Both the position numbers and the translations under genes were made by a program. This document shows positions 9,409 through 18,811 of a DNA stretch of 42,036 nt, piece by piece. The notes under the pieces are model-generated. The model saw only the letters and a list, made by a program, of their open reading frames with translations. It did not search any database and was not told where the DNA came from. Positions within the stretch are counted from its first letter, which is position 1. Each line of letters opens with the position of its first letter. Origin of the DNA: Candidatus Micrarchaeaceae archaeon. GTDB lineage: Archaea > Micrarchaeota > Micrarchaeia > Micrarchaeales > CABMGC01. The DNA is taken from contig JAVZVY010000003.1 in NCBI GenBank assembly GCA_038878295.1, positions 1 to 42,036 of the forward strand. Reading direction: 5' to 3'.

Positions 9409-10632
9409 GTGGAAAGCGAGATAAAAAGCATAGTGCTGAGAAAGATCTTCGACTCGCGCGGCTCGCAGACAGTCGAAGCCACGGTAATGAGCAAATCAGG
9501 GATTAGCGCAGTTGCTTCGGCACCTAGCGGCACGAGTACAAGCATCCACGAGGTAGAGGCATTCCCTAAAGGCGATGTTGGGCTTGGCATCAGAAGGTTC
9601 AATGCAAAAAGCAGCAGTCTCGTTGGCATAGATGTATTCGACCAAACATATGTCGATGAAGAATTGCACGAGATTGACGGCACAACCAGATTCAGCTGGA
9701 TAGGCGGTAATATAGCCACGGCTGTGTCGATAGCCACGGCAAAGCTTGCCGCGAAGCTCGATAACACTGAACTTTACGAATACATATTCAGGCATTTCAC
9801 GCAGAAGATGGGCATAACAAAGAAAATTCCAAGGCCGCTCGGGAATCTCATAGGAGGGGGCGTGCATTCAAATGGAAAGATGAGGATACAGGAAATATTA
9901 ATAGCTGCTGACGGCGGTTCTTTCGCGAAGAACGCGTATGCAAACATCGAAACGCATAAAATGCTCGGTTTGGAGATAGCAAAGTTGGGATGCGGAGTAA
10001 ACATAGAAGGCGCGTGGATTACGCCGTTTGGAGATCTTAGAAACTTAGAGCTTGTCAGCACCGTAGTAAGGAGGGCAGAACGCAAATTGGGCGTTAAAAT
10101 AAGCATTGGCATAGATTTTGCGGCAAGCGAATTCTATTCGAATCGAAAGTATTCGTATGGCGGCAGGGTTCTAAATAAGGAAGAACAGATCAGATTCATA
10201 GAAAAACTTAGAGACAAATTTAATCTTGAGTATATAGAAGATCCGCTTGATGAGAACGATTTCGACGGCTTTGCAGAACTCAATAAAGCTATTGGCAACA
10301 ACTGTTACATTGTTGGCGATGATCTTTACGCTACAGACACTGTGAGGCTCAGAAAAGGCATATCCATGCATTCTACGAACAGCATTCTGATAAAAGTCAA
10401 CCAAGTTGGCACGCTGAGCGATACGATTGCCACAGTCGAAGTTGCTCACAGCAATGGTATAAAAACAATAGTTTCCCACAGGAGCGGCGAAACTACAGAT
10501 GCGTTCATAGCGCATCTTGCCGTAGCATTTGGTTCGGATTATATTAAATGCGGCATAATGAGAGGCGAAAGAATAGCGAAGATAAACGAGCTTTTAAGGA
10601 TAGAGGCGCTCGAATTGAAAAAAAGTATATAA
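9409..10632 (+). CDS. eno: enolase
   Basis: DSRGSQTVE, APSG.S, DFAASEF, YIEDP, GDDL, KVNQVGTL and SHRSGET. Confidence 0.95.
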   Translation: MESEIKSIVLRKIFDSRGSQTVEATVMSKSGISAVASAPSGTSTSIHEVEAFPKGDVGLGIRRFNAKSSSLVGIDVFDQTYVDEELHEIDGTTRFSWIGGNIATAVSIATAKLAAKLDNTELYEYIFRHFTQKMGITKKIPRPLGNLIGGGVHSNGKMRIQEILIAADGGSFAKNAYANIETHKMLGLEIAKLGCGVNIEGAWITPFGDLRNLELVSTVVRRAERKLGVKISIGIDFAASEFYSNRKYSYGGRVLNKEEQIRFIEKLRDKFNLEYIEDPLDENDFDGFAELNKAIGNNCYIVGDDLYATDTVRLRKGISMHSTNSILIKVNQVGTLSDTIATVEVAHSNGIKTIVSHRSGETTDAFIAHLAVAFGSDYIKCGIMRGERIAKINELLRIEALELKKSI

Positions 10633-10642
10633 ATATATAAGA

Positions 10643-11371
10643 TTGATAAGTAGATATACTGATGCTATGGGAATCGATGCTGTGCCAGAGTCTTTAGGCT
10701 TAATTCCTGATGGAAATAGAAGATGGGCAAGGGCTCACAAGATTTCGTTCCTTTCAGGGTATAGGTACGGCGTTAAAAAATTCGTCGACTTCAGCAACTG
10801 GTGCATAGATTATGGAATTAAAAACCTGAGTGTGTGGGCGCTCTCGACCGAGAATCTTAACAGGCCAAAACATGAGCTTAATGCGCTTTTCAACATATAC
10901 AGATCTGCAGCTACGGATAAAAAATTGATAGGGGATCTCCACAGCAATGAAACAAAATTCAGGATTATAGGAAATTATAGACTGCTACCTCGCGATTTGC
11001 TCGAACGCCTGAAAAAACTCGAGTATGAGACAGCCTCTTACAAGAAAAGGACGCTGAGCATGCTAATAGGTTATGGCGGCAAGGATGACATATTGCACGC
11101 GGTAAATGCGATTGCTGATAGAGTAAAAAAAGGTAGTTTAAAAAGGATCACGGGCAGCGTTTTCAGTTCGTACCTTTTCTCTGCCGGTATAGGCGACCTT
11201 GACTTCATCATAAGAACCTCAGGAGAGATGCGTCTTTCTGGTTTCATGCCATGGCAGTCCGGATATGCCGAGCTTTATTTCTCAAAAAAGCTTTGGCCTG
11301 ACTTCAGCAAGCGCGATCTAGGCATGGCGTTGGAAGAGTACAGCAGAAGGGAGAGGCGTTTCGGCAGATAG
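10643..11371 (+). CDS. uppS: polyprenyl diphosphate synthase (cis-prenyltransferase)
   Basis: IPDGNRRWA, STEN..R, YGG, IRTSGEMRLSGF, LWPDF and RRFGR. The true start may be ATG 10667. Confidence 0.93.
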   Translation: MISRYTDAMGIDAVPESLGLIPDGNRRWARAHKISFLSGYRYGVKKFVDFSNWCIDYGIKNLSVWALSTENLNRPKHELNALFNIYRSAATDKKLIGDLHSNETKFRIIGNYRLLPRDLLERLKKLEYETASYKKRTLSMLIGYGGKDDILHAVNAIADRVKKGSLKRITGSVFSSYLFSAGIGDLDFIIRTSGEMRLSGFMPWQSGYAELYFSKKLWPDFSKRDLGMALEEYSRRERRFGR

Positions 11372-11383
11372 ATCTGTGTTTTT

Positions 11384-13243
11384 ATGCCTGATGTGAAAAG
11401 GGACATTTATAAATATTCACGCTACTTCGGGAAGCAGGCCCCCAACGCTTATCTTCTTGCAATAATAATAACTGTAGTAGGCATTTCTGTTGGGGCGATT
11501 TCTGCTCTTGCAGTGCATTACCAATATTTTCTAAAGGGAGATTTTGCTGCAGTATATGGCACTGTTGTCCTTGGCGCAGCTGCAGGATTTTTTGCGATAA
11601 CTCTGCCTGCGCTGCTAACCGCTTCGCTTATCAAGGCCATAAGGGCAAGGATGCTGCTAAGGCACATATTGTTCATGACGCTTGCAATCACCATAGGCTA
11701 CTCAGCATTTATCGTTGTGGATAGCGTCCTCTTCGCGCTGTTCATGAATTACATACTGGCATACGTAATCATATTACTGGCCAATGCCGGCGTATATGCA
11801 TATTGGCTCCTAATGGCTAAAATCGTAGCTGCGCAAAGGAAGCGCGCGGTTATTACAGCGATTGCGAATCCGCTGATGAACGTGCTGCTTTACTTCAGCT
11901 TTGGCAGATATATAATAAATATAGCCCTACCGATAGGGATAGTATTGATAAAGCTTGCCGCCGGCATGTTCGTACTGCTAGTAACTGTGTATCTGTTTCT
12001 GTATGTGGTTGACAGGCCAATGAAAAGGATGCTTAATGTAAGCAGCGTTGCGATTTTTACAACTATGGTAAATCAGTGGCTCTACAATATAGGCAGTTTT
12101 GAGATAGCCAATCCCGATTTCGGCGAGAAGCGCAGGATAGGGGTAGACTTGCTTGCTTTGAAAGGCAAAGGCGACACATACAAAGCTGTATTCGTAAGGC
12201 CTGAGATACATTACGGGCCTTTTTCAGGAGTTGGCGGTGGCATCGCAACCGCATACATCGGCGAAGCCATAAAGAAAAGATATGGTTCTGTGCCGTTTGT
12301 AATGCATGGCACAGTGAACATCTCGCAGAACCCGATAAGCACCGCGCAAGTTGCCCAGCTTTCCAAGAGGATAATAAGCGAACTCAACGCTATGCCAAAA
12401 GAGAATTTTAGAGCTGCTTCAGGAGGGATAGGATTCGGCTATGAAAAGCCGTGCAGCGCCAGAACGATACAAATAAACAACCTTAGGATTGTTACGCTTA
12501 CGAAGGCGCCGCTGGTCACCGAAGATATAGATAGCAGTGTGGGTAGACACTTTGCAAGGATTGCCTCAGCTGGTGGCCGAGATGCAATTATAATAGATGC
12601 GCACAACTCTAGGTATGAGAGCGCCAAAAAGGATGAACTTGCAGGCATATACAGGAAAAGCAAGTATGTGAAAATCTACAGCAATGCGATACTCAAATCC
12701 TTGACAATCAAGAATGAAGGCAAACTTTCACTTGGGGTAGCTTCGCAAAAAATAAAGCCGCTGCTAGGCAACGCAGCTGATATTGGCGATGGTTATTCAA
12801 GCGTTGGTATATTCGATTTTGGCGCTGGAGGCCGTTTTTGCATGATATACTTCGACGCAAACAATATGTTGCCTGCGCTCAGGCAGAGGATATTGAGGCA
12901 TGTGAAGGAGAAATTTGGCATTGATGCTGAAGTGTACACAACCGACACGCACAGCGTCAACTCCTTGGCATATACAGTATCAAATGTTCTAGGTAGGCAT
13001 GTTGATGAAAAAAGGCTCCTAAAGGTTTTGGATAACATGATAGACGACGCTCTCAAAAACACTGAGCCCGTGTCCATGCAGTACAAAAGATTCACGATTG
13101 AAAATTTTAGAATATGGGGTAGAGGCGCTGATAAAAAGATAACACACGCTAGCAAAGAGATAATGAACAATCTGAGCAGGCTAACCCCGATTATAATAAC
13201 TGCGGGATTTGTTATTGCGGCATTCGTTATATCAATAATATAG
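11384..13243 (+). CDS. DUF2070-family membrane protein
   Basis: N-terminal multi-pass TM region, then HYGPF, MHG, DAHN, DANN and TTDTH; adjacent to uppS. Confidence 0.8.
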   Translation: MPDVKRDIYKYSRYFGKQAPNAYLLAIIITVVGISVGAISALAVHYQYFLKGDFAAVYGTVVLGAAAGFFAITLPALLTASLIKAIRARMLLRHILFMTLAITIGYSAFIVVDSVLFALFMNYILAYVIILLANAGVYAYWLLMAKIVAAQRKRAVITAIANPLMNVLLYFSFGRYIINIALPIGIVLIKLAAGMFVLLVTVYLFLYVVDRPMKRMLNVSSVAIFTTMVNQWLYNIGSFEIANPDFGEKRRIGVDLLALKGKGDTYKAVFVRPEIHYGPFSGVGGGIATAYIGEAIKKRYGSVPFVMHGTVNISQNPISTAQVAQLSKRIISELNAMPKENFRAASGGIGFGYEKPCSARTIQINNLRIVTLTKAPLVTEDIDSSVGRHFARIASAGGRDAIIIDAHNSRYESAKKDELAGIYRKSKYVKIYSNAILKSLTIKNEGKLSLGVASQKIKPLLGNAADIGDGYSSVGIFDFGAGGRFCMIYFDANNMLPALRQRILRHVKEKFGIDAEVYTTDTHSVNSLAYTVSNVLGRHVDEKRLLKVLDNMIDDALKNTEPVSMQYKRFTIENFRIWGRGADKKITHASKEIMNNLSRLTPIIITAGFVIAAFVISII

Positions 13244-13248
13244 GTGGA

Positions 13249-14166
13249 TTGTTGCTTGGCGCAATGTTGGTCATAGCAGCCAATTTGCTTGCCTTGGTTT
13301 CTATAGCCTACGCGTTCAGGGGTGCAAAAGAGCTAGCAAAGCTTGCTGCGGTTGCCCTGCTTGGGGCTGCGCTTTTCTATTTTGAAGCGATGCCGATCCT
13401 AGCGCTTATTCCAGGTATTTTGATATTTTGTGCACTGGTATGGGCCTTCGGTAAAAGGGGCTGGCTCCTTCTTGCTTTGCTTGCCATATCATACGTTATA
13501 GCATTCGGCAGCCTTGGACCCGCAGCTGTATCTTTGGCGATGTCTTTAGGAGTTTTCTCTGGCGCACTCTCTATGCGAGGCGCCAAAAAAAGAGGCAGCG
13601 ATTCTGTAGAAATAAGGCGCGACTTGTTCCAAATTGCTTCTGGGATAGCAATGACGGCACTCTTCGTTGCGATAGGTATTTTTTATGCTGAATGGGCGAC
13701 CATAGCAATTATTATCATTGGCTACATGCTCGTAAATTATTCAATCAATGGTGGTGGAAGCGCATTGCGTAAGTATATAAATTCATTGGAAAGGGAAGGG
13801 GTACAGTTAGGCAGAGGCGCGGTTTGGCTTTCTGCAGGCATGTTGCTAGCATTTGGCTTTCTGGCCAATTTTAATTACGTGATGCTTGCAATCTTTGCAA
13901 TATTTTTTGCGGATCCAATTGCCACAATCTTTGGAGTTATATCTAAAAGAAAAGTGCGGCTCCCATACAACAAGAACAAGACTGTAAACGGCATGGTTGC
14001 TTTTTTCATAACGCTTTCGATTCTTGGCTATTTGGTTGTCGGCAATTATGCCATTGTTGTCTCGCTTGTTTGCGCACTTGTTGAGAGCGCGCCTATAAGA
14101 ATCGACGACAATTTCAGCGTGCCAGTTGCGTTGATAATAATGATTAAGATTCTGGCACTGTATTGA
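13249..14166 (+). CDS. dolichol/phytol kinase-like membrane protein (CTP-dependent polyprenol kinase family)
   Basis: Hydrophobic protein with ADPIATIFG, NKTVNG and ESAP..DDNF motifs; follows uppS. Confidence 0.75.
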   Translation: MLLGAMLVIAANLLALVSIAYAFRGAKELAKLAAVALLGAALFYFEAMPILALIPGILIFCALVWAFGKRGWLLLALLAISYVIAFGSLGPAAVSLAMSLGVFSGALSMRGAKKRGSDSVEIRRDLFQIASGIAMTALFVAIGIFYAEWATIAIIIIGYMLVNYSINGGGSALRKYINSLEREGVQLGRGAVWLSAGMLLAFGFLANFNYVMLAIFAIFFADPIATIFGVISKRKVRLPYNKNKTVNGMVAFFITLSILGYLVVGNYAIVVSLVCALVESAPIRIDDNFSVPVALIIMIKILALY

Positions 14167-14168
14167 TT

Positions 14169-14669
14169 TTATACCCGCCTGCCTCTTCTTCCGCCGGGCC
14201 TTTTTGTCGTGTCTGTAGGTATCGGCGTCACATCGTCTATGCTGCCAATCTTGAAGCCGCTCCTTGCAAGAGCCCTCACAACAGCCTGAGCGCCGAAGCC
14301 TGGAGTCTTTGAGCCGTGTCCGCCTGGAGCTCTTATTTTTATGTTTATGTTTGTAATGCCACGTTCTATGGCTGTTGCGGCAAGTTTGTATGCGGCCTGC
14401 GTAGCGGCATATGGCGTGCCTTCTTCGTGGTCCGCGTCAACAACCATGCCGCCGCTGGCTGTTGCTATTGTCTCAGCACCAGAAAGATCGGTAAGCGTTA
14501 TTATCGTGTCGTTCTTTGAGGAATAGATGTGGACTACGCCCCATCTTATTCCCTTCGGCTTGTGGAGTTGCGCAGCCTCTGCTACCTTGCTTTCAAATGA
14601 AACTTCCTTCTTCTTCGTTTGCTCTTTCTTAGCTCCTTGCTCTGATTTCTTTGTCGATTTCTTCTCCAT
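14169..14669 (-). CDS. rps11: 30S ribosomal protein S11
   Basis: [32 protein letters not shown] and GGRRGRRV. Confidence 0.96.
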   Translation of the reverse strand: MEKKSTKKSEQGAKKEQTKKKEVSFESKVAEAAQLHKPKGIRWGVVHIYSSKNDTIITLTDLSGAETIATASGGMVVDADHEEGTPYAATQAAYKLAATAIERGITNINIKIRAPGGHGSKTPGFGAQAVVRALARSGFKIGSIDDVTPIPTDTTKRPGGRRGRRV

Positions 14670-14670
14670 A

Positions 14671-15171
14671 TCAAGCACTCTGAGCGTTTTCCTGCATTAT
14701 ATTTATAGGCTTGTAGAAGCTTATAGCCGATTCCTCGTTTACCTTTACGAAATAGCTCGGCTGCGTAATGCGCCTGCCGTTTATCGCTATGAAGCCGTGC
14801 GCTATAAGCTGACGTGCCTGCTTCATGCTCTTAGCCATTCCTTTCCTAAACACTATTGATTGAAGCCTCCTTTCGAGAAGGGCTTCTATGTTTATTACGA
14901 GAAGGTCATCTATTGTTGCATCTGGCTTTATGACACCGTATCTGGAGAGCTTTGCTATGATGGCCTTGCCAACGTCTTCCCTTTCCTTTCCTGATAGCAC
15001 TTCCCTCGCTTTTCTTCTTACGTTTCTGAGGGTGCTTGCTGCAATCCAAAGCTCCCTGAGGTTTTTCAGGCCATAGTCATCCTTGAGTTTATGCTCCTCT
15101 GCGAGCCTTTCGGCGTCCCACATGAACCCTGGAGTTTCGTATTTCTTCCTAAGCCTTTTTGGAGATCCCAT
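14671..15171 (-). CDS. rps4: 30S ribosomal protein S4
   Basis: [18 protein letters not shown] and ARQLIAHG. Confidence 0.96.
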   Translation of the reverse strand: MGSPKRLRKKYETPGFMWDAERLAEEHKLKDDYGLKNLRELWIAASTLRNVRRKAREVLSGKEREDVGKAIIAKLSRYGVIKPDATIDDLLVINIEALLERRLQSIVFRKGMAKSMKQARQLIAHGFIAINGRRITQPSYFVKVNEESAISFYKPINIMQENAQSA

Positions 15172-15175
15172 TCAA

Positions 15176-15718
15176 TCACTTTGTTCCTGGCTGCTTTTTC
15201 TTCTGCGCCTCAGTGGCGGCCTCTTGCGCTGCGGCCTTTGTGAGCGCAGCCTTCTTTGTGACGCCGATTGTGACTCCGGTTCTTCCGGTTGAGCGCGTAC
15301 GCTGTCCTCTTACCTTCTGGCCGTATTGATGTCTGTGACCGCGCCATGTCTGTATTCTTATGTCGTTGTCTACATCCTGCTTAACCCGCACGGTAAGGTC
15401 GCTGCTTAGCAGATGCAGATCATTGCCGCTTTCGAGGTCTTTTTGCCTGTTAAGAAGATATGCGGGTATGCCGTTTGCCTTCAGATTAGTGAGCATCTTT
15501 TCTACTTCGTTAATCTTTTCCTCGCTTATCTCACCTATGGCGGACTTTGTGCTTATCCCGAATTTCCTTTCGGCTGTAAGCGCTATCGCGTGAGCAAGAT
15601 TGTTTCCTATGCCTTTTATTTGGGTTAGCGCCTTTTCTATATTGTAACTGCTGTTGATATCTCTGCCGGCTATTCGCACTATGCCCGATTCGGATTTTTG
15701 CTTTGATTGTTCTGACAT
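15176..15718 (-). CDS. rps13: 30S ribosomal protein S13
   Basis: ALTQIKGIG and WRGHRHQYGQKVRGQRTRSTGR. Confidence 0.96.
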   Translation of the reverse strand: MSEQSKQKSESGIVRIAGRDINSSYNIEKALTQIKGIGNNLAHAIALTAERKFGISTKSAIGEISEEKINEVEKMLTNLKANGIPAYLLNRQKDLESGNDLHLLSSDLTVRVKQDVDNDIRIQTWRGHRHQYGQKVRGQRTRSTGRTGVTIGVTKKAALTKAAAQEAATEAQKKKQPGTK

Positions 15719-15728
15719 TGAAACACCA

Positions 15729-15841
15729 CGCCAGGGCTGGGATATTCAGCATTATGCTTTTGAACCCAGAAGGCTCAGAAGAGCCATACGCTGACAAGAC
15801 GTTCTCCAGGCGTACGCATTACCTGATTCTGCCACCCTGGC
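15729..15841 (-). tRNA. tRNA-Ser(GGA) with two introns (37/38, 11 nt; 59/60, 16 nt)
   Basis: Acceptor stem GCCAGGG/CCCTGGC, anticodon stem TACGC/GCGTA, long variable arm GGCTC/GAGCC and T-stem CTGGG/CCCAG. Insertions at 15793-15803 and 15743-15758. Confidence 0.9.
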
Positions 15842-15934
15842 ATCGGAGATAGATAACTTATGCTATAGAATATTTATATACCTTATTGTAAAGCTTTTGG
15901 CTTAAATGCTGATATAAAGTGACGTAAGAAACAG

Positions 15935-16821
15935 CTACAAAGGCTTTCCTATCAGGATTATGCCAAGCACGATAAGGCCCCGCCAACAAGTTCTATTGGA
16001 TAGTAACTACCTATTATTACGCTCCCAAAAAGAACCAAGACCGTGTCTGCGTATTCGAAGTTGTTTATAAAATTGCGCGTTATTACTGTCCTGCCTATTC
16101 CACGCGTCTTGGTGAGTTTCATTGCTCGTAGCTCGAATACTGAGGCAAAAGAGAAAGTGAAGCCGCCGAAGAGGCCAAGCCCGAAGTATGCATAGTTGAG
16201 GCTTGCACCGCCAATATAAAACGTGACAAACAACGCTATTGGCAGAAATATGACAGGTTGCAGAACGAGCTTGCTTCCTATACTGTACTTCTTAATTTTG
16301 TAGAATTGAGTATAATAGCCTGCACCTGCTATAATAGATATGCCGAATACGAATGGAAGTGTTCCGATCTGAAAGCTAAATCCCTTGCTTTCGGCAAAGA
16401 AAACGCCGATTACTACGAACAGCACGCCGATAGCAAGGAGAGCGACTTGACGCGGCCTAAGCGACTTTCTATAGCGTGCGAAGTCTATCAGGAAAAAGAC
16501 CAGAGACGAGAGCCCTATTAATGGATATATGCTCGCTAGGGTATATCTTGTGTAGCCGAATAGCAGCAGCATAGTATAGCTTACTATCATCACTGCAGAG
16601 AATGCACCAAGATAGTACCTTTTGGCGTCCTTAAGCCTGAATCTCAGCTTAAATGCGTAACCAGCTGCAATAATGCCCAATGTTATGCCGATAGCTATGG
16701 AAAGCATGGCAAGCCCGAGCTGCATGTTCTTTACTACGAGATAGTCTATGGTGCCATTTATCGCGTATAGCACTGTGCTTGCAATCATGAATGCGTATGT
16801 TTTTCTGAGCATATAGGGCAT
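15935..16821 (-). CDS. EamA/DMT-like membrane protein with an apparent 1-nt frameshift near its 3' end
   Basis: Multi-pass TM ORF 15958..16821. The shifted frame continues LIVLGIILIGKPL* and completes the typical EamA terminal helix. Confidence 0.65.
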
Positions 16822-16868
16822 CCGCTTGCAAGCGGGTCTTAGTGGTTTTTACAGCACGTATGCGTCGT

Positions 16869-18347
16869 CTATTTGCCCGCCTTTTCTGCATGCTTCTTTG
16901 CCTGCGCTTTTGGGATGGGTTTTACTGCAGGGAAAGCTATTACCTCTTTTATCGAATCGCTGCCTGTAAGTATCATTGCTATGCGGTCTATGCTCACGCC
17001 TATGCCTGCTGTAGGCGGCATACCATATTCTATGGCTTCAATGAAATCGTAATCGGAAGGTGGCGCTTCCTCGTCGCCTCTACGCCTTTCCTCTTCTTGT
17101 TCCTCAAATTTTTTCCTTTGTTCTATGGGATCTGTAAGCTCTGAATAGCAGTTAGCGACTTCTTTGCCCGCAATGTAAAGCTCGAACCTCTCGCTTAGGA
17201 GCCTGTTTCCTCGCTTGTCTTTAGTGAGCGGGCACATGTATGCTGGAAAATCAACAACAAATGTTGGCGCGAACAGCCCTGGCTGCACGTATTTGTCGAA
17301 GAGGGCATCGGCTACGTGGTAGGCATTCTTCGTCGGTATCTGCAGATTTTCCCTTGCAGCTATTTCAATGGCCTCTTTATCGGTAAGCGTTGAAACGTCT
17401 ATGCCGCTCATTTTTCTGAGCTCGTCGACCCAGTAGAGACGTTTGAAAGGAATGGCGAAGCTCAGTTCCTTTCCTTTGTATTCTATTTTTTCTGAACCGA
17501 ATATGCTCTTAACCATGCCATTGAGCATCTGTTCTGTGAGGGTCATGAAGTCATTGTAGTCTTTGTACGCTTCATAAAATTCCACTTGAGTAAATTCTGG
17601 ATTGTGTGTAGAGTCGATATCCTCGTTTCTGAAGTCCTTCGAAACCTCGTATACCTTTTCGAAGCCACCTATGATGAGCCTCTTCAGGTACAGCTCGTCG
17701 GCGACGCGCAGGTAAACATCTGTGTCTAGTGCATTATAATGGGTAACAAAGGGCTTTGCATTTGCGCCTCCGTATGTCGGTTGCAATACCGGCGTTTCAA
17801 ACTCGATGTAGCCGCGTGCATCGAGAAAATCTCTAACATGCTTTAGGATTTTGGCTCTTATTACAAATAGGTTTTTTGTTTCTGGATTGGCTATGAAGTC
17901 GAGGTGGCGTTTCCTGTATCTGACTTCCGTATCGGTAAGACCGTGAAATTTCTCTGGGAGCGTGAGAAGCGATTTTGAAAGAACCGTTATTTCCTGGGCG
18001 TCTATGCTTATCTCGCCGCGTTTGGTTTTTGTCACAATGCCGGTCACGCCTATTATGTCACCGTTGTCAATTAGCTCGATGATCTTCCTAGATTGCTCAT
18101 TAAGGAAATCTGATCTTGACATTATCTGTATCTTGCCGCTGCTGTCATAAAGGTCGAGGAACCTGACTCCGCCTATGTTGCGCATGCTGAGTATGCGGCC
18201 GGCAACGCTGGCCCTTTTGCCGTCGTATTCTGCGAACCTTTCCTTAATATCTGAGGAATGCGAGGTCTGATTGTATGCGTATGGATATGGATCTATGCCA
18301 AGCGCCTTAAGCGATTGCAGTTTTTTAAGCCTGAAGTCGTCAGCCAT
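16869..18347 (-). CDS. lysS: lysine--tRNA ligase, class II
   Basis: OB fold, YRKRHLD, FRNEDIDSTHNPEFT, ERFEL and YGMPPTAGIGVSIDR. Confidence 0.96.
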   Translation of the reverse strand: MADDFRLKKLQSLKALGIDPYPYAYNQTSHSSDIKERFAEYDGKRASVAGRILSMRNIGGVRFLDLYDSSGKIQIMSRSDFLNEQSRKIIELIDNGDIIGVTGIVTKTKRGEISIDAQEITVLSKSLLTLPEKFHGLTDTEVRYRKRHLDFIANPETKNLFVIRAKILKHVRDFLDARGYIEFETPVLQPTYGGANAKPFVTHYNALDTDVYLRVADELYLKRLIIGGFEKVYEVSKDFRNEDIDSTHNPEFTQVEFYEAYKDYNDFMTLTEQMLNGMVKSIFGSEKIEYKGKELSFAIPFKRLYWVDELRKMSGIDVSTLTDKEAIEIAARENLQIPTKNAYHVADALFDKYVQPGLFAPTFVVDFPAYMCPLTKDKRGNRLLSERFELYIAGKEVANCYSELTDPIEQRKKFEEQEEERRRGDEEAPPSDYDFIEAIEYGMPPTAGIGVSIDRIAMILTGSDSIKEVIAFPAVKPIPKAQAKKHAEKAGK

Positions 18348-18811
18348 CGTTACACCAGAGATATTAGCCAGCTCATGTTTTTAATGTTTGCTAGACCTAC
18401 ATTCCAGTAAACAATCAAGAAGAATCAACGGTTACTACCTAATTCTTCGGAGATTGCAGCAAGGTCGCATGACGTGCAACAGTTTTACATGTATAGCATA
18501 TATCAGTCTACACTAGATGTCCGAAAGTAAATAAGTTTAGCTGTATTTGCCCCAATTTATAATTACGGTTTTAGTGAACTACCCTGCCATTGCCTAGCGG
18601 ATAATGTGGGTGTGCAAACAACGTGGCCGTGTTGCTATCAGAACACTATTTCTATGATTCAGAAATTGACCACCGCTACCAGTCAGGATACTTTTAGGAT
18701 GGCGCTTCTCAATCTCAGATTCAGCGAATTTCTTAGCTCTCTGGTGTCGAGACTGGCAGATATCACAGAATTTAGCTTCTTTGAGACAATAGTTGCTTAT
18801 TTTGCACCGTG

